A DNA stretch of 64,000 nt from an uncultured bacterium (GCA_963710755.1 CAVQBK010000003.1:128001-192000); one strand, 5' to 3'. Shown: positions 28,796-40,286, numbered from the stretch's first letter. The notes: generated by a model from the letters alone, not told the origin. Numbers and translations: made by a program.

Positions 28796-30337
28796 ATGCG
28801 TTCTTATTCCTTCCCTTTTTTACTGCTGTTGCTGCTGACATTTTCCTGGACGGGTGCATGGGCATCCCCTGCTTCCCGCTTTGCTCTTGGCGATCCTTAC
28901 CTGGTGCTGGAAGAGGACAGCACCAAAGCCTCCCTGTTAAACTTCGGCAACCCTGCCGGCTTGGTGGACCTGCCGACAGGCAACAGAATTGATCTTTCCG
29001 CCAATGCTGATTACGCCGCAAATATAGAGAAATTTGAAACCAGCGGCAATACCACCAATCCCTATGCCCATGTGACTCCTAACGGCCAGACCCTTCCGGC
29101 CAATGCTTATTTTAATCAACACGGTTATTATACCCAATCCCTTTTTAATCAATATAACCGCTACTATTTGGACGGATTTATTTTTCATCCCAGTGAACAA
29201 TGGGCCCTGCAACTTCGTCCTCTGGCCGGTTATACCCGCAGCGCCCTGGATGAAGATCAACCGCCCTCACGCCTGCTGAACAGCGGTTTGGGTGTCAATG
29301 GCGCTCTAAAAATAGGAAGTCAATGGTCTCTGGGCGCAGGCGTTACTTATCAAACCGGCCAAAGCGACGGCTGGCCGGACCAACAGTTCAGCGATATACT
29401 TAAGACCGCCTTTATTAATCACCTTGACGATCTTCAAACCCTGAGCGCTAAAATCGGCTTAATCCATCGGATAAGTGCGGTGTTCGACGACCAGGACCGA
29501 TTGAGTATGGGCGTATTGGTTGATGGCCAACAGCAGGCCGCTGGGGGCGATTATTATGTGCTCCAAAGCCTTACTCCTACGGCCCATATCCAGTATCAAA
29601 CTTTGCCATGGTCCATAGGCTGGCAATCCTTGTATCAGTATAAATCTGTCATGGATATTGGTTTGCAAATTGGCTATGAGGAAAACAAAGATTATTATCA
29701 ATGGACGTCATCGCTGTTGGGTGATCAAAACACCTTTGGTTACTCCACGCGGCAGAACGTATTTTACGATCTTACTTTTCGCGTACGTCTGCCCATGGTC
29801 CGGGAAGATGATTTGCGTTTCGGGGTGGATTTTTCCAATCGTGACATGGGTGCCCGTTACCCTTCCGGAAAAATTATATTCGACCGTCCGGAGCTTTCAG
29901 CCAAGGCTTCGCCCATCAACACCTCTGCGTCCAGCATCACCATTGATGGAGCAGTGGTACCTTATACAGGATCCTTGGTCTTTCTCAGCTATTACCTGGG
30001 ATCTTCCAATAGTTATCAATCGGGCCAGATTATTGATGACTACGGATTCACCAATTTTACCTTGGGTGTTCAGTTCAAGCTGTGGGAGTGGTTGATGCTG
30101 CGCTCTGCCTATATCAACGAGCGTCAGACTACGGAAGTGCATTTGGGTGGCACCACTATTTTCAACCGCGAAACCGGCTCTTTTCGTTTTGGCGTAGGTT
30201 ATACGTCGGAGGATATGGAAATAGATCTGGCGGCATCAGTCTTCAGGACCCAATACATGCCGGTAACCAATACGATTTTATCGGACACCTTTATCCGCGG
30301 TATGAAAGGCATGTTGTCTTTGGTTTATAAATATTAA
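28796..30337 (+). CDS. Putative outer-membrane beta-barrel protein of unknown function
   Basis: GGAGG RBS, signal peptide, FadL/PorV-like N-terminal 'GNPAGL', amphipathic strands, terminal 'LVYKY'. Confidence 0.7.
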   Translation: MRSYSFPFLLLLLLTFSWTGAWASPASRFALGDPYLVLEEDSTKASLLNFGNPAGLVDLPTGNRIDLSANADYAANIEKFETSGNTTNPYAHVTPNGQTLPANAYFNQHGYYTQSLFNQYNRYYLDGFIFHPSEQWALQLRPLAGYTRSALDEDQPPSRLLNSGLGVNGALKIGSQWSLGAGVTYQTGQSDGWPDQQFSDILKTAFINHLDDLQTLSAKIGLIHRISAVFDDQDRLSMGVLVDGQQQAAGGDYYVLQSLTPTAHIQYQTLPWSIGWQSLYQYKSVMDIGLQIGYEENKDYYQWTSSLLGDQNTFGYSTRQNVFYDLTFRVRLPMVREDDLRFGVDFSNRDMGARYPSGKIIFDRPELSAKASPINTSASSITIDGAVVPYTGSLVFLSYYLGSSNSYQSGQIIDDYGFTNFTLGVQFKLWEWLMLRSAYINERQTTEVHLGGTTIFNRETGSFRFGVGYTSEDMEIDLAASVFRTQYMPVTNTILSDTFIRGMKGMLSLVYKY

Positions 30338-30362
30338 CCCGGCTGGATTCGTTTACATTCCC

Positions 30363-30391
30363 GTTGAGGCGCCCACCTTGGGCGTCTCAAC
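30363..30391. terminator. Hairpin between convergent genes
   Basis: GTTGAGGCGCCCA/TGGGCGTCTCAAC inverted repeat. Confidence 0.7.
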
Positions 30392-30405
30392 CAACCCTGC
30401 CATCA

Positions 30406-31689
30406 TTAATTTTTCAATTGCTGCGCGATTTCTCTCATCGCGCAAAAATCTCCGCACATAGTGCAAACCTCTTCACATTGCGGTTTCGACGATGCCCGCA
30501 GTGCTGAAGCTTTTTGAGGATCCAACGCCAGCGCAATCTGTTGGTCCCAGTCCAACGCTTTACGGGCTTTGGCCATGGCCAGATCCCAGGCCCTGGCACC
30601 GGGCACACCTTTTACCAAATCAGCAGCATGCGCGGCAATGCGCGAGGCTATCACGCCATCATGCACATCCTGGGCATCGGGCAGACGCAAGTGTTCCGAT
30701 GGCGTTACATAGCAAAGAAAATCCGCACCGGCCGCGGCCGCAATGGCGCCGCCAATGGCACAGGCAATATGGTCATAGCCGGCGGCCACGTCGGTTACCA
30801 GAGGGCCGAGAACATAAAAAGGAGCGCCTTGGCATAACTTTTTTTCCAACAGCATATTGGCTTGAATCTGATCCATGGGCATGTGCCCCGGGCCTTCGAT
30901 CATGACCTGCACGCCGGTCGCGTGGGCACGTTGGGTTAAAGCGCCCAGATGCAGAAGCTCCTGGACCTGGGCGCGATCCGTGGCGTCTTCCAGACAGCCC
31001 GGCCTCAGACCGTCGCCTAAGGACAAGGTCACATCATACTCCCTGCAAATTTCCAGGAGCCGGTCAAATTGGGAAAAATAAGGATTTTCCTGACCATGGG
31101 CCAGCATCCAGCTGGCCATCATGGCGCCCCCCCGGCTGACAATATCGGCGATGCGGCCCTGCATTTTCAACTGTTCCAGGCTGGCCAGGTTTAAGCCTGC
31201 ATGGATGGTCATAAAGTCCACCCCTTCTTGTGCTTGGGCTTCCACCACTTCCAGCATTTCATCAGCAGTAATGTCAATCACGTTTTTATTGCTGCGTTTG
31301 GCCATAACCGCAGCTTCGTAGATGGGCACTGTACCCAATGGTTGCGAGAATTCCCGCAGCAATTGCCCCCTCAGCTCTTTAAGCGTTCCCCCGGTGGACA
31401 AATCCATAAGAGCATGGGCACCGGCCTGGTGGGCCGTGCGGGCTTTGATCAACTCTTCCTCGGCATTGGACTTGTCGGTGGAGGTACCCAGATTGGCATT
31501 GACCTTGGTGCTGAGCCCCAGCCCAATACCAGTAGGTTTGTTGTTGCGATGACGCGGATTAAAAGGAATGACGATCTCCCCGGTACCCACATGGGCCAGG
31601 ATATAGTCCAAGGACCGCTGTTCTCCCTCAGCCACTTGCCGCATGGCTTCGGTGGCCTGGCCGGATTTTGCATACTCCAATTGTGTCAT
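30406..31689 (-). CDS. thiC: Phosphomethylpyrimidine synthase
   Basis: TKVNANLGTS, MDLSTGG, SRGG, SLGDGLRPG, EGPGH, CYVTPSEHL, CTMCGDFC. Confidence 0.97.
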   Translation of the reverse strand: MTQLEYAKSGQATEAMRQVAEGEQRSLDYILAHVGTGEIVIPFNPRHRNNKPTGIGLGLSTKVNANLGTSTDKSNAEEELIKARTAHQAGAHALMDLSTGGTLKELRGQLLREFSQPLGTVPIYEAAVMAKRSNKNVIDITADEMLEVVEAQAQEGVDFMTIHAGLNLASLEQLKMQGRIADIVSRGGAMMASWMLAHGQENPYFSQFDRLLEICREYDVTLSLGDGLRPGCLEDATDRAQVQELLHLGALTQRAHATGVQVMIEGPGHMPMDQIQANMLLEKKLCQGAPFYVLGPLVTDVAAGYDHIACAIGGAIAAAAGADFLCYVTPSEHLRLPDAQDVHDGVIASRIAAHAADLVKGVPGARAWDLAMAKARKALDWDQQIALALDPQKASALRASSKPQCEEVCTMCGDFCAMREIAQQLKN

Positions 31690-31706
31690 TATTGTGCTGC
31701 CTTTCC

Positions 31707-32276
31707 TCAGTCCTTATGATAAGGAGGGAGATGTAATTTTTTCTTCTTTGGCTCCAACCGGTCCACCAGTTCCTGTTCCAGTCCATAGGCCTCAAAACGC
31801 AGGGCTTTAAAGCGCGGACTGACAGCGGGCATTTCCAGTTTGGAGAATTCTTCCAGAACCCGGCAGGCTTCCTGGCAGCGTCTTAGATTGGCCCGGGCCA
31901 GGGCCATCACATCTTCACGTTGCTTTTCCTGCGGTGAGGTGTGCCGGGCACCAGGATCATTTTGGGTGGAACGATGGCGGAGTAACGGGGGCAGGGTGAT
32001 GCGTTTTTCCAAAAGACTCAACTGGTGGCGCAGGTGTTTGATTTTTTTTTGCAGCGTCTCATCTTCCAAAATCATGCGCGCTATTTCTTCCGCCACCCGC
32101 AAGCCTTCCCGGGCACGATTCAAGTTGGCATCCAAAATCCGGCCGATTTGTTGCTGGCCGATAGTGACACGCGCTTGGGTCCCCGGACGTTCCCGGCCCG
32201 GTTGCGGCCGGCCGGCCGGCTTGGACCTCTGCCCGAAGGCCTTATTTCTTGAGGTGGATTTCCGTGGTCCCATCAT
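31707..32276 (-). CDS. Stand-alone ThiD2 domain (N-terminal domain of cyanobacterial-type ThiE)
   Basis: 'RILDANLNRAREGLRVAEE...ANLRRCQEACRVLEEFSK...FKALRFEAYGLE'; adjacent to thiC. Confidence 0.85.
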   Translation of the reverse strand: MMGPRKSTSRNKAFGQRSKPAGRPQPGRERPGTQARVTIGQQQIGRILDANLNRAREGLRVAEEIARMILEDETLQKKIKHLRHQLSLLEKRITLPPLLRHRSTQNDPGARHTSPQEKQREDVMALARANLRRCQEACRVLEEFSKLEMPAVSPRFKALRFEAYGLEQELVDRLEPKKKKLHLPPYHKD

Positions 32277-32877
32277 ATTCTTCCTCGGAACGGTTCAAAA
32301 CCGTGGTTTTGATGCCCGATGATCCGGAAGGCCGCTCGCGGCCAACGACCTTGGTAACAATGACCGTAGGATTGATTTCCTGTTCGATGTTCAAAGTCTT
32401 CTTCACGTAATCACGTACGGCAGCCTGCACGTTTTGCGCCACCTCGGCAATATTAAAATCGGAATAAGTGGTGATGCGGGCGCTGACTTTTAACCCGCGC
32501 CGGCTGAATACCACCTTGCCTTTGATATCACGCAGTCCGTCGATCTTGCCTTTTAAAATTCTGGAAAAATCTTCAATAGCCGGCAGGGAGACCAGCACTT
32601 CGCCACTGGGATTTTCCAAGACTACCGTGCGTTGACGCCGGGCGGCTTGAAGATTGCCCAAAATAAGATAGACCAGCAGAAGCAAAATGAGAAGCCCCAG
32701 TAGCAAGGTCAGCGCCCGGCCGGTCAGGCCTTCGACAATGTAACCCAGCGGCCCGGCGATGAAATCACCGATGGCCAGTAGCGCCCCCGGATAAATAGCG
32801 CTGATCACCGCCAATACGCTCAGACCAATCAGGCCCACAATACCAACCATCATCATTGTCACATTTAATGTTCGCAT
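32242..32877 (-). CDS. amaP: Alkaline shock response membrane anchor protein (AmaP-like)
   Basis: Start set to ATG 32877; two TM helices then 'GEVLVSLPAIED' Asp23-like domain; follows asp23. Confidence 0.75.
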   Translation of the reverse strand: MRTLNVTMMMVGIVGLIGLSVLAVISAIYPGALLAIGDFIAGPLGYIVEGLTGRALTLLLGLLILLLLVYLILGNLQAARRQRTVVLENPSGEVLVSLPAIEDFSRILKGKIDGLRDIKGKVVFSRRGLKVSARITTYSDFNIAEVAQNVQAAVRDYVKKTLNIEQEINPTVIVTKVVGRERPSGSSGIKTTVLNRSEEEYDGTTEIHLKK

Positions 32878-32921
32878 GCCTTTTCCTCCTCTGTCCTCTC
32901 GTGGGGCGGCTTGGCCCTGGT

Positions 32922-33284
32922 TTATTTCTTCTCCTTGCGCACCACACTCTGTACGGAAACATTGACATTGAGCACATTCAAGCCGGTCATATCCTCCACG
33001 GCTTCGCGCACATTGTCCTGGACTTTTTGACAAATGGTAGGAATGTCCACTCCGAACTCCACAATCAGATGAATATCAATAATGACTTCTTCATGCTGAA
33101 CTTCCACTTTGACGCCACGGCCCTGAGAGGCTTTGACGCCCAGCATTTCCGCAATACCGTCCACCGTACCCTGGGCCATGGCCGCCACCCCGTCAATTTC
33201 CAGGGCGGCCAATCCGGCGATCACGGCTATCGCGCCGTCCGATATTTTGATCGTGCCCAATGCATTTTGTGTTTTTTCTTCCAT
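32922..33284 (-). CDS. Asp23/Gls24-family envelope stress protein
   Basis: 'GTIKISDGAIAVIAGLAALEIDGV...GVKVE...VEFGVDIP...MTGLNVLNVNVSV'. Confidence 0.93.
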   Translation of the reverse strand: MEEKTQNALGTIKISDGAIAVIAGLAALEIDGVAAMAQGTVDGIAEMLGVKASQGRGVKVEVQHEEVIIDIHLIVEFGVDIPTICQKVQDNVREAVEDMTGLNVLNVNVSVQSVVRKEKK

Positions 33285-33396
33285 GACCTTTTCCTCCCGG
33301 CTGGATTCTTACAATCCTCAACAACCCCCTGCCCGCACAACACCGCGGCACCCGGGATGCCCGGGCCAGTTGGTGCCTGTTTTGGGCAAGACGTTA

Positions 33397-34743
<1,347 letters not shown>

Positions 34744-34746
34744 CCC

Positions 34747-35271
34747 CTAGTTACGCTCCACTAAGAATAATGGCTGGCCAAATTCCACGGCCTGGGCATT
34801 TTCCACGAGTATTTTCTTGATGGTGCCTTTAACTTCCGCCTTGATTTCATTCATCAGTTTCATGGCTTCCACAATACATATTACACTGTTCTCGTCCACT
34901 GTTTTACCCACTTCCGTAAAGGGCGCGGATTCCGGAGAAGGGGCGCGATAAAAAGTGCCTACCATCGGTGATTTGATGGTGTGGTAACCGGCATCCTCAT
35001 CTGCAGCCGGAGCCGGACTGGCCGGAGCTTGTGCAGGAATGGCCGGCGCCGAAGGGGGCATCATGGCCGGCGCCATCATCGCCGGCATGGCGGTTGTCGC
35101 CACTTGGGTCATGATATCGCCGCCTTTTTTAAGGTGGATTTTAAACCCTTCCTGCTCAATATTGAGTTCGGTCAACTTGGCGCGATTCATAATGGTCACA
35201 ATTTTTTTCAACGAGCGGATGTTAATGCTGCCTGAATCTTTTTCTTTTTTGGTCGTCCGTTCCGGTTGCAC
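34747..35271 (-). CDS. accB: Biotin carboxyl carrier protein
   Basis: SPMVGTFYRAPSP and EAMKLMNEI biotinylation motif. Confidence 0.97.
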   Translation of the reverse strand: MQPERTTKKEKDSGSINIRSLKKIVTIMNRAKLTELNIEQEGFKIHLKKGGDIMTQVATTAMPAMMAPAMMPPSAPAIPAQAPASPAPAADEDAGYHTIKSPMVGTFYRAPSPESAPFTEVGKTVDENSVICIVEAMKLMNEIKAEVKGTIKKILVENAQAVEFGQPLFLVERN

Positions 35272-35342
35272 GCTAAAACCACCTTTCCTTATGTTAGATT
35301 GATCCCCTGGCCGTGAGGCCCAGGGTTGAGTTGCACGTTGGT

Positions 35343-35912
35343 TTAACTGTTGACCCGTTCCAAATATTCGCCTGTTCTGGTATCAATTTTGATAGTATCG
35401 CCTTCATTGATAAACAGTGGTACCTGCACTTTGGCGCCCGTGGAAACCACGGCTTCTTTGGTTACATTGGAGACAGTGTTGCCTTTGACGCCCGGTTCAC
35501 AGGAGATGATTTTCATTTCCACTTTAAAGGGAATTTGGATATTCAAGGCTTCGCCCTTGAACATCATCATATCCACGATCATTTCTTCGATCAGCCATTT
35601 GGTATTATCGCCCAAAGCGTCGCTGGTAAGCGTAATTTGGTCATAGGTGTCCTGGTCCATGAAGACGTAGTCATCCGCTTGCCGGTAAAGGAACTGCATC
35701 TTTTTTTCTTCGATTTCCGGAGAATTCATTTTTTCACCAGAATTGACGGTACGGTCCACCACCGTCCCCAACCGGAGATTTTTAAGTTTGAGGCGGATAA
35801 AAGCCCCGCCTTTCCCAGGTTTAACGTGATTATATTCAGTGACCACAAACAAATTGTTGTCCATTTCCACGTACGTACCCGGCTTGGCATCATTTGAGAT
35901 GACAACACCCAT
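35343..35912 (-). CDS. efp: Elongation factor P
   Basis: HVKPGKGGAF, 'EPGVKGNT', 'VPLFINEGD.IKIDTRTGEY'. Confidence 0.97.
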   Translation of the reverse strand: MGVVISNDAKPGTYVEMDNNLFVVTEYNHVKPGKGGAFIRLKLKNLRLGTVVDRTVNSGEKMNSPEIEEKKMQFLYRQADDYVFMDQDTYDQITLTSDALGDNTKWLIEEMIVDMMMFKGEALNIQIPFKVEMKIISCEPGVKGNTVSNVTKEAVVSTGAKVQVPLFINEGDTIKIDTRTGEYLERVNS

Positions 35913-36002
35913 TACTGCTTCCTCCCTTAATATATAATTGGCGCTCTTTGATTTGGCAGGTTAAATTCCCTGCGGCAACCCCTGGGGAATTATGGAAACC
36001 TA

Positions 36003-37085
36003 TTAAGACGGCTGGCTGACAACAGGCAACTCATGCGGCGACCGCGACAACCATTGGGCTGCGCGCACCGTGATGAGAAGATCGTCTTCTATTCTGATCC
36101 CGCCCCAGCCAGGAAGATAAAGTCCTGGTTCGCAGGTCACCACCATGCCTGGCCTTAACTGCTCTTTGGCGGTCATGGACAACCGCGGAGCTTCATGAAT
36201 CTCCAACCCCAACCCATGACCCAAACTATGCACAAAATATTGTTCTAATTGGGCGTCTTTAAATACATCCCGGGCGCACTTGTCCGAATCCGCCACAAAT
36301 TGTCCGGAAAAAAGCAACTTTTGGGCGGAAAGCTGTGCTTTTTTTACGATTTTATAAATTTCCTGTTGTTTGGCGGTCATTCTAGCAATGGCAATGGTTC
36401 TTGTCAAGTCGGAATGGTAGCCTTGATAGAGACACCCAAAATCAAGCACCACCAAATCGCCGGTTTTAAGCCGTTTATTCGTAGGCTGGGCATGAGGCAT
36501 GGCGGAATGCATACCAGAGGCCACAATGGTGGGAAAGGCAATGCCCTGGCCGCCGGCTTGGGCCATGGCCGTTTCCAGCTTATGGGCCACCTCCAGTTCC
36601 GTCATGCCGGTCTTGAGTTGGGGCAGCACCTGGTGGTAAGCTTTTTGGGCAATAAAAACGGCTTTTTTAATGGCCTTGATCTCCTGCCCGTTTTTCACTT
36701 GCCGGCTGACTTCCACCAGGCCGTGGCTGGCAATGGCCTTAAGTCCTGGCACACCCTTTATAAGTTTACCCCAAAGGCTTAGGCTGACCTCGTCATCTTC
36801 CACCATCAGCTCTTTGACGGCTTTTTCCTTCAGCCAGTCGGCCATGGTTTGATGCATTGGTTCCTGCTTGGCCACGACTTTAAGGCCCGGGCATTCCTGC
36901 CTGGCCTGTTCGGTGTAGCGGCCGTCGGTAAGTAGCAAGGCTTGACCGCGCGCCGGCACCAGCAACCAGCCATTGCTGCCTGTAAACCCGCTGAGATAAC
37001 GGCGGTTGGCGCTCTGCAGGCACCAGTAGGCCTGGCTATTTCTTTTCCGGATGGATTTTTGGAGAGTTTTAATGCGTTCCAACAT
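36003..37085 (-). CDS. Xaa-Pro aminopeptidase/dipeptidase (M24B)
   Basis: YLSGFTGS, TDGRY, 'LDFG...YHSDLTRT', HSLGHGLGLEIHE, EPGLY, GIRIEDD. Confidence 0.94.
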   Translation of the reverse strand: MLERIKTLQKSIRKRNSQAYWCLQSANRRYLSGFTGSNGWLLVPARGQALLLTDGRYTEQARQECPGLKVVAKQEPMHQTMADWLKEKAVKELMVEDDEVSLSLWGKLIKGVPGLKAIASHGLVEVSRQVKNGQEIKAIKKAVFIAQKAYHQVLPQLKTGMTELEVAHKLETAMAQAGGQGIAFPTIVASGMHSAMPHAQPTNKRLKTGDLVVLDFGCLYQGYHSDLTRTIAIARMTAKQQEIYKIVKKAQLSAQKLLFSGQFVADSDKCARDVFKDAQLEQYFVHSLGHGLGLEIHEAPRLSMTAKEQLRPGMVVTCEPGLYLPGWGGIRIEDDLLITVRAAQWLSRSPHELPVVSQPS

Positions 37086-37196
37086 GATTGGCCTCAATTT
37101 GTAGTCCGTCAGATTCTGTGCTTCTACGCTATACGCATTTAGCGTAGATAATTAGGAACATTTTTACTGAGCAGCTTCCTGGTGTTGTAGCATCCG

Positions 37197-38339
37197 TTAA
37201 AAAGGTCTTGCATAAATTTCCATCACCTTTTCCAGCATGGCTTCCAGACCAAAGCGCTGAGCTTGTTTCATGCCCGCCCTGCCCAGGCGGATGCGCAGGG
37301 ATTGATCCTTTAAGATTAAAACGACTTTTTCGGCCATGGCCCGGGGATTTTGAATGGGCACCAGAAAGCCGGTTTCTCCATCCGTAATGGCGTCGCGGGC
37401 CCCTTCCACATCAGTGGCCACAATAGGCAAACCGGTCTTCATGGCCTGGCCAAAGACGCAGGGCAAGCCTTCCCATAAGGAGGTGAGCACCACCAGATTT
37501 AGCCCGCGCATAAGCTCAGGCACGTCCTGGCGCCAGCCGGTCAGCAGCACCACCTGCTCCAGGCTCAAGCGAGCGATGGCCGCTTCCACTTTCGGCCGAA
37601 GCGGACCGTCACCGACCAGTAAAAAGCGTACTTCCGGCAGCTGCTCATGCACCAAGGCGGCCATGCGCACAAAATCAACCGGTGCTTTTTGGGGTTTCAT
37701 GTTGGCGATCATACCCACGACCGGCGGGTAGCCGGAAATATGCAATTGTTCCCGCAGGGCCATATGATCATCCACGATGCCCGGACCAAACGTTTTGAGA
37801 TCGGAACCGGGCCAGATGACCTGATACTGCAGCGGCCTGCCGATTTTATAGCGCAGGCCCTTGGATTTGGTGGCCTGCGAAACAGCGATCAACCGGTGCG
37901 TCACTTTTGCACTCAGACGCTCCAACCAAATATACCCCTGCCGCAACCACAAGGGCTGCTGTTCATGAAAGGGCCAGCCATGGATGGTATGAATGATTTT
38001 GGGCACCCCGGCCAGCCGGGCGGCCCAGCGGCCCAGCATGCCGGCCTTGGAGCTGTGCGTATGCACGATGGTAATGTGATGGCGTCGCATAAACTGCATC
38101 AGCTTGATCAGCGTCACCACATCCGCCCAGGGCCGGATGGGATGCTTAAGCCCGCGCCACAGGTGCACTTCCACGTTTTCCAATTGCCGGGCTTCCTGAT
38201 CCAGAAGCCCGCCCTGGCCGCTGATTAAAAAACAGCGGTATTGGTCCTTGGGCAGCAAACGCAGGGTGTTAAGCGCCACTTGCTGCGCACCGCCCAATTC
38301 CAGCTTGGTAATGATGGTTAATAGATGCTGTTTTGACAT
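37197..38339 (-). CDS. GT4 glycosyltransferase
   Basis: 'LELGGAQ', 'HTHSSKAG', 'HTIHG', 'SLWEGLP'. Confidence 0.92.
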   Translation of the reverse strand: MSKQHLLTIITKLELGGAQQVALNTLRLLPKDQYRCFLISGQGGLLDQEARQLENVEVHLWRGLKHPIRPWADVVTLIKLMQFMRRHHITIVHTHSSKAGMLGRWAARLAGVPKIIHTIHGWPFHEQQPLWLRQGYIWLERLSAKVTHRLIAVSQATKSKGLRYKIGRPLQYQVIWPGSDLKTFGPGIVDDHMALREQLHISGYPPVVGMIANMKPQKAPVDFVRMAALVHEQLPEVRFLLVGDGPLRPKVEAAIARLSLEQVVLLTGWRQDVPELMRGLNLVVLTSLWEGLPCVFGQAMKTGLPIVATDVEGARDAITDGETGFLVPIQNPRAMAEKVVLILKDQSLRIRLGRAGMKQAQRFGLEAMLEKVMEIYARPF

Positions 38340-38453
38340 AAACACTCGTTACGGTTTTATAGATAAAACAAAGGTCATTGTACCAGATAACGTTTGGAAT
38401 TTAGCATCAAAATGAAGGACCCGGTCAGGGGAGGCGCTAAGCGCGACGCGCAG

Positions 38454-38990
38454 CTATTCCCAGCTGATTAAAAATTTCCAGGCATTGGGATTGCGTTCAT
38501 CGAGCTGAACTTTAACATTTACAGCATCGGTGAGTTCAATAATACCTCGAATGGATCCGGCAATATTGATACGCAGCGCTTGGGGAATTTCCGGAAAATT
38601 GTTAATCACCAGCGTGATGGAGTTTTCGGTGGCGTCGATCGTTTCGGCCTCGCCTTTTTGATAATAGGTGCGCCAAATAAAAGCCGACCGTTTGGCCAAG
38701 AAAGCTACCTTAGGAATTCGAATAAAAGCTTTGTACACGAAATTCAGGGTTTGTGGCGTGAGTTTGCGCCCCAATTCATGCAGGGCATTGGACTCGCCGG
38801 GAAAGACCAAAGGCGCGGCTGCGCAGACGATCTTGGTGTAGCTGTCCAGGGGCAACCAAGTGGTGGCCACCGCGTTAATAAATTGGTGCCTGGTATCAGG
38901 ATCAAGAAGACTTAAAAATTGTTCTTCCAACTTTCGTTTGTTGAGAACTTTCTTTAATTCCATTAAGTCGATGGCTTTAACCTTGCCCAT
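38454..38990 (-). CDS. Hypothetical protein resembling DUF2378/TIGR02265-like (V4R/H-NOX-like fold) proteins
   Basis: Start ATG 38990 with GGAG RBS; 'VKAIDL...TTWLP...ELGR...WRTYYQKG...IAGSIRGIIELT...FLISW' pattern, recognised from memory. Confidence 0.55.
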   Translation of the reverse strand: MGKVKAIDLMELKKVLNKRKLEEQFLSLLDPDTRHQFINAVATTWLPLDSYTKIVCAAAPLVFPGESNALHELGRKLTPQTLNFVYKAFIRIPKVAFLAKRSAFIWRTYYQKGEAETIDATENSITLVINNFPEIPQALRINIAGSIRGIIELTDAVNVKVQLDERNPNAWKFLISWE

Positions 38991-39234
38991 ACCCGTCTCC
39001 TTGGTTGCTGGACTGAACCCCATGGTCAAAGTATCGAACCCAAGGATCATTTTATAAAATGCTTAATATATTTTGGCGGAGCAAGAGTGCCTCTGCCCGC
39101 TTGCAAGTCTGTGCGCATGTCTTTTTTATTTCATGACCAGTTTTACGACTATCCTTCAATGATAGACATTTTACGGCGAAATAAAATTTTCATAACAGGC
39201 TTGAGTTTTAACCGACGGGGTCGATAATAATAGG

Positions 39235-39389
39235 TGTAGGGTAGAGGGTCATCAGGGCACAACCTCCCTCAAGAGGCTGCTGATCGAAAGATGATCTCAA
39301 CGATGGCCCGTCTATCCATAGAAATGACGCCCACCTTCCTGATGGTGATCAGGCCAAGCAAGGAATTAGAGGGCGTCATTTCTTTTTTT
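39235..39389 (+). ncRNA. Candidate structured non-coding RNA of unknown family
   Basis: Upstream TTGAGT-N16-GATAAT; 15-bp closing stem with two G-U pairs that form only on +; internal hairpins including a GAAA tetraloop; second 13-bp perfect stem followed by T7. Confidence 0.5.
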
Positions 39390-39400
39390 ATCATCTTTTC

Positions 39401-40051
39401 CTAAAACATCACCTCATAAGCCAATCCCAGCGAAAAATTCACCAATGCTTGATAAGGCCCGGTTTGCCAGTTGGCATAGGTTGCCCCCAGGCTCAGACCC
39501 AGGTAGTTGTTGTCATTGAGCTGATAGGTTCCGCTCAGGTTGACCTCTGCTGCTGCACTCCAGATCTGATCACGGTTGCTGCCCTTGACAATGATATTTG
39601 GTGAATCAATGCGGCGGTGATCTTCCTGTACCAGGCTGTAGACCAACCCCACGCCCTGGTGCAGACCCAGACGCAGCGCACCCAGGTTCATGCTATAACC
39701 GGCTTTGGCCATAAGCGCACTGCCCAAGGTAAAGGTACTCACCTCCCACCGTTCCGTTTCCGAGGAAAGAGGATTGACAATATCAAAGGGCGTATACCCG
39801 GCAAGTACGAAAAACTGTGTGGCGACCCCGTAGTCTAAGCCGGGCATGGTGCGCACTTGCGTGGCCGGATAGATTTCCATCAATAAGCCGGTGGACGGTA
39901 CGCTAGGTTTCTGGCCATAGAGACTGTACGTGCCGTTGCCCAGCAGAAATTTCCAGTTTAGGTGCAGGTCCCTGGTTTGAACCTCTCCGGCGCTTAGCAT
40001 GGGTGTCAGCGCCAAGGTCAATGCCAGCCATAAAATAGTTTTTTTTCTCAC
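39401..40051 (-). CDS. Small outer-membrane beta-barrel-like protein
   Basis: Signal peptide, alternating beta strands, C-terminal Phe ('LGLAYEVMF'). Confidence 0.65.
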   Translation of the reverse strand: MRKKTILWLALTLALTPMLSAGEVQTRDLHLNWKFLLGNGTYSLYGQKPSVPSTGLLMEIYPATQVRTMPGLDYGVATQFFVLAGYTPFDIVNPLSSETERWEVSTFTLGSALMAKAGYSMNLGALRLGLHQGVGLVYSLVQEDHRRIDSPNIIVKGSNRDQIWSAAAEVNLSGTYQLNDNNYLGLSLGATYANWQTGPYQALVNFSLGLAYEVMF

Positions 40052-40286
40052 GTAGGTTCCCCTTTCTATAAGGCGCTTCTCAACCTTCCGCCTTCTCGTG
40101 ATTAAAAACGTTTTTTACAGGACGTTTGGAAAGACAGAAAGAAACCATATTCATCGTCACTAAACCTAGAATGCTTTTTGTCAGGGCCAACGATAGTCAA
40201 CACCGGATAATAATTTTTCCCGTCTTTAAAAGTTGCCGAATTTCTTCCCGCGGCTTGGGCCCTGTGGGGTTCCTGCCTCTCTGTGG

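Noticed and set aside
39280-39300. Hammerhead ribozyme core (CTGCTGA..GAAA)
   Set aside because: Only 2 nt separate the core elements, so stem II cannot form
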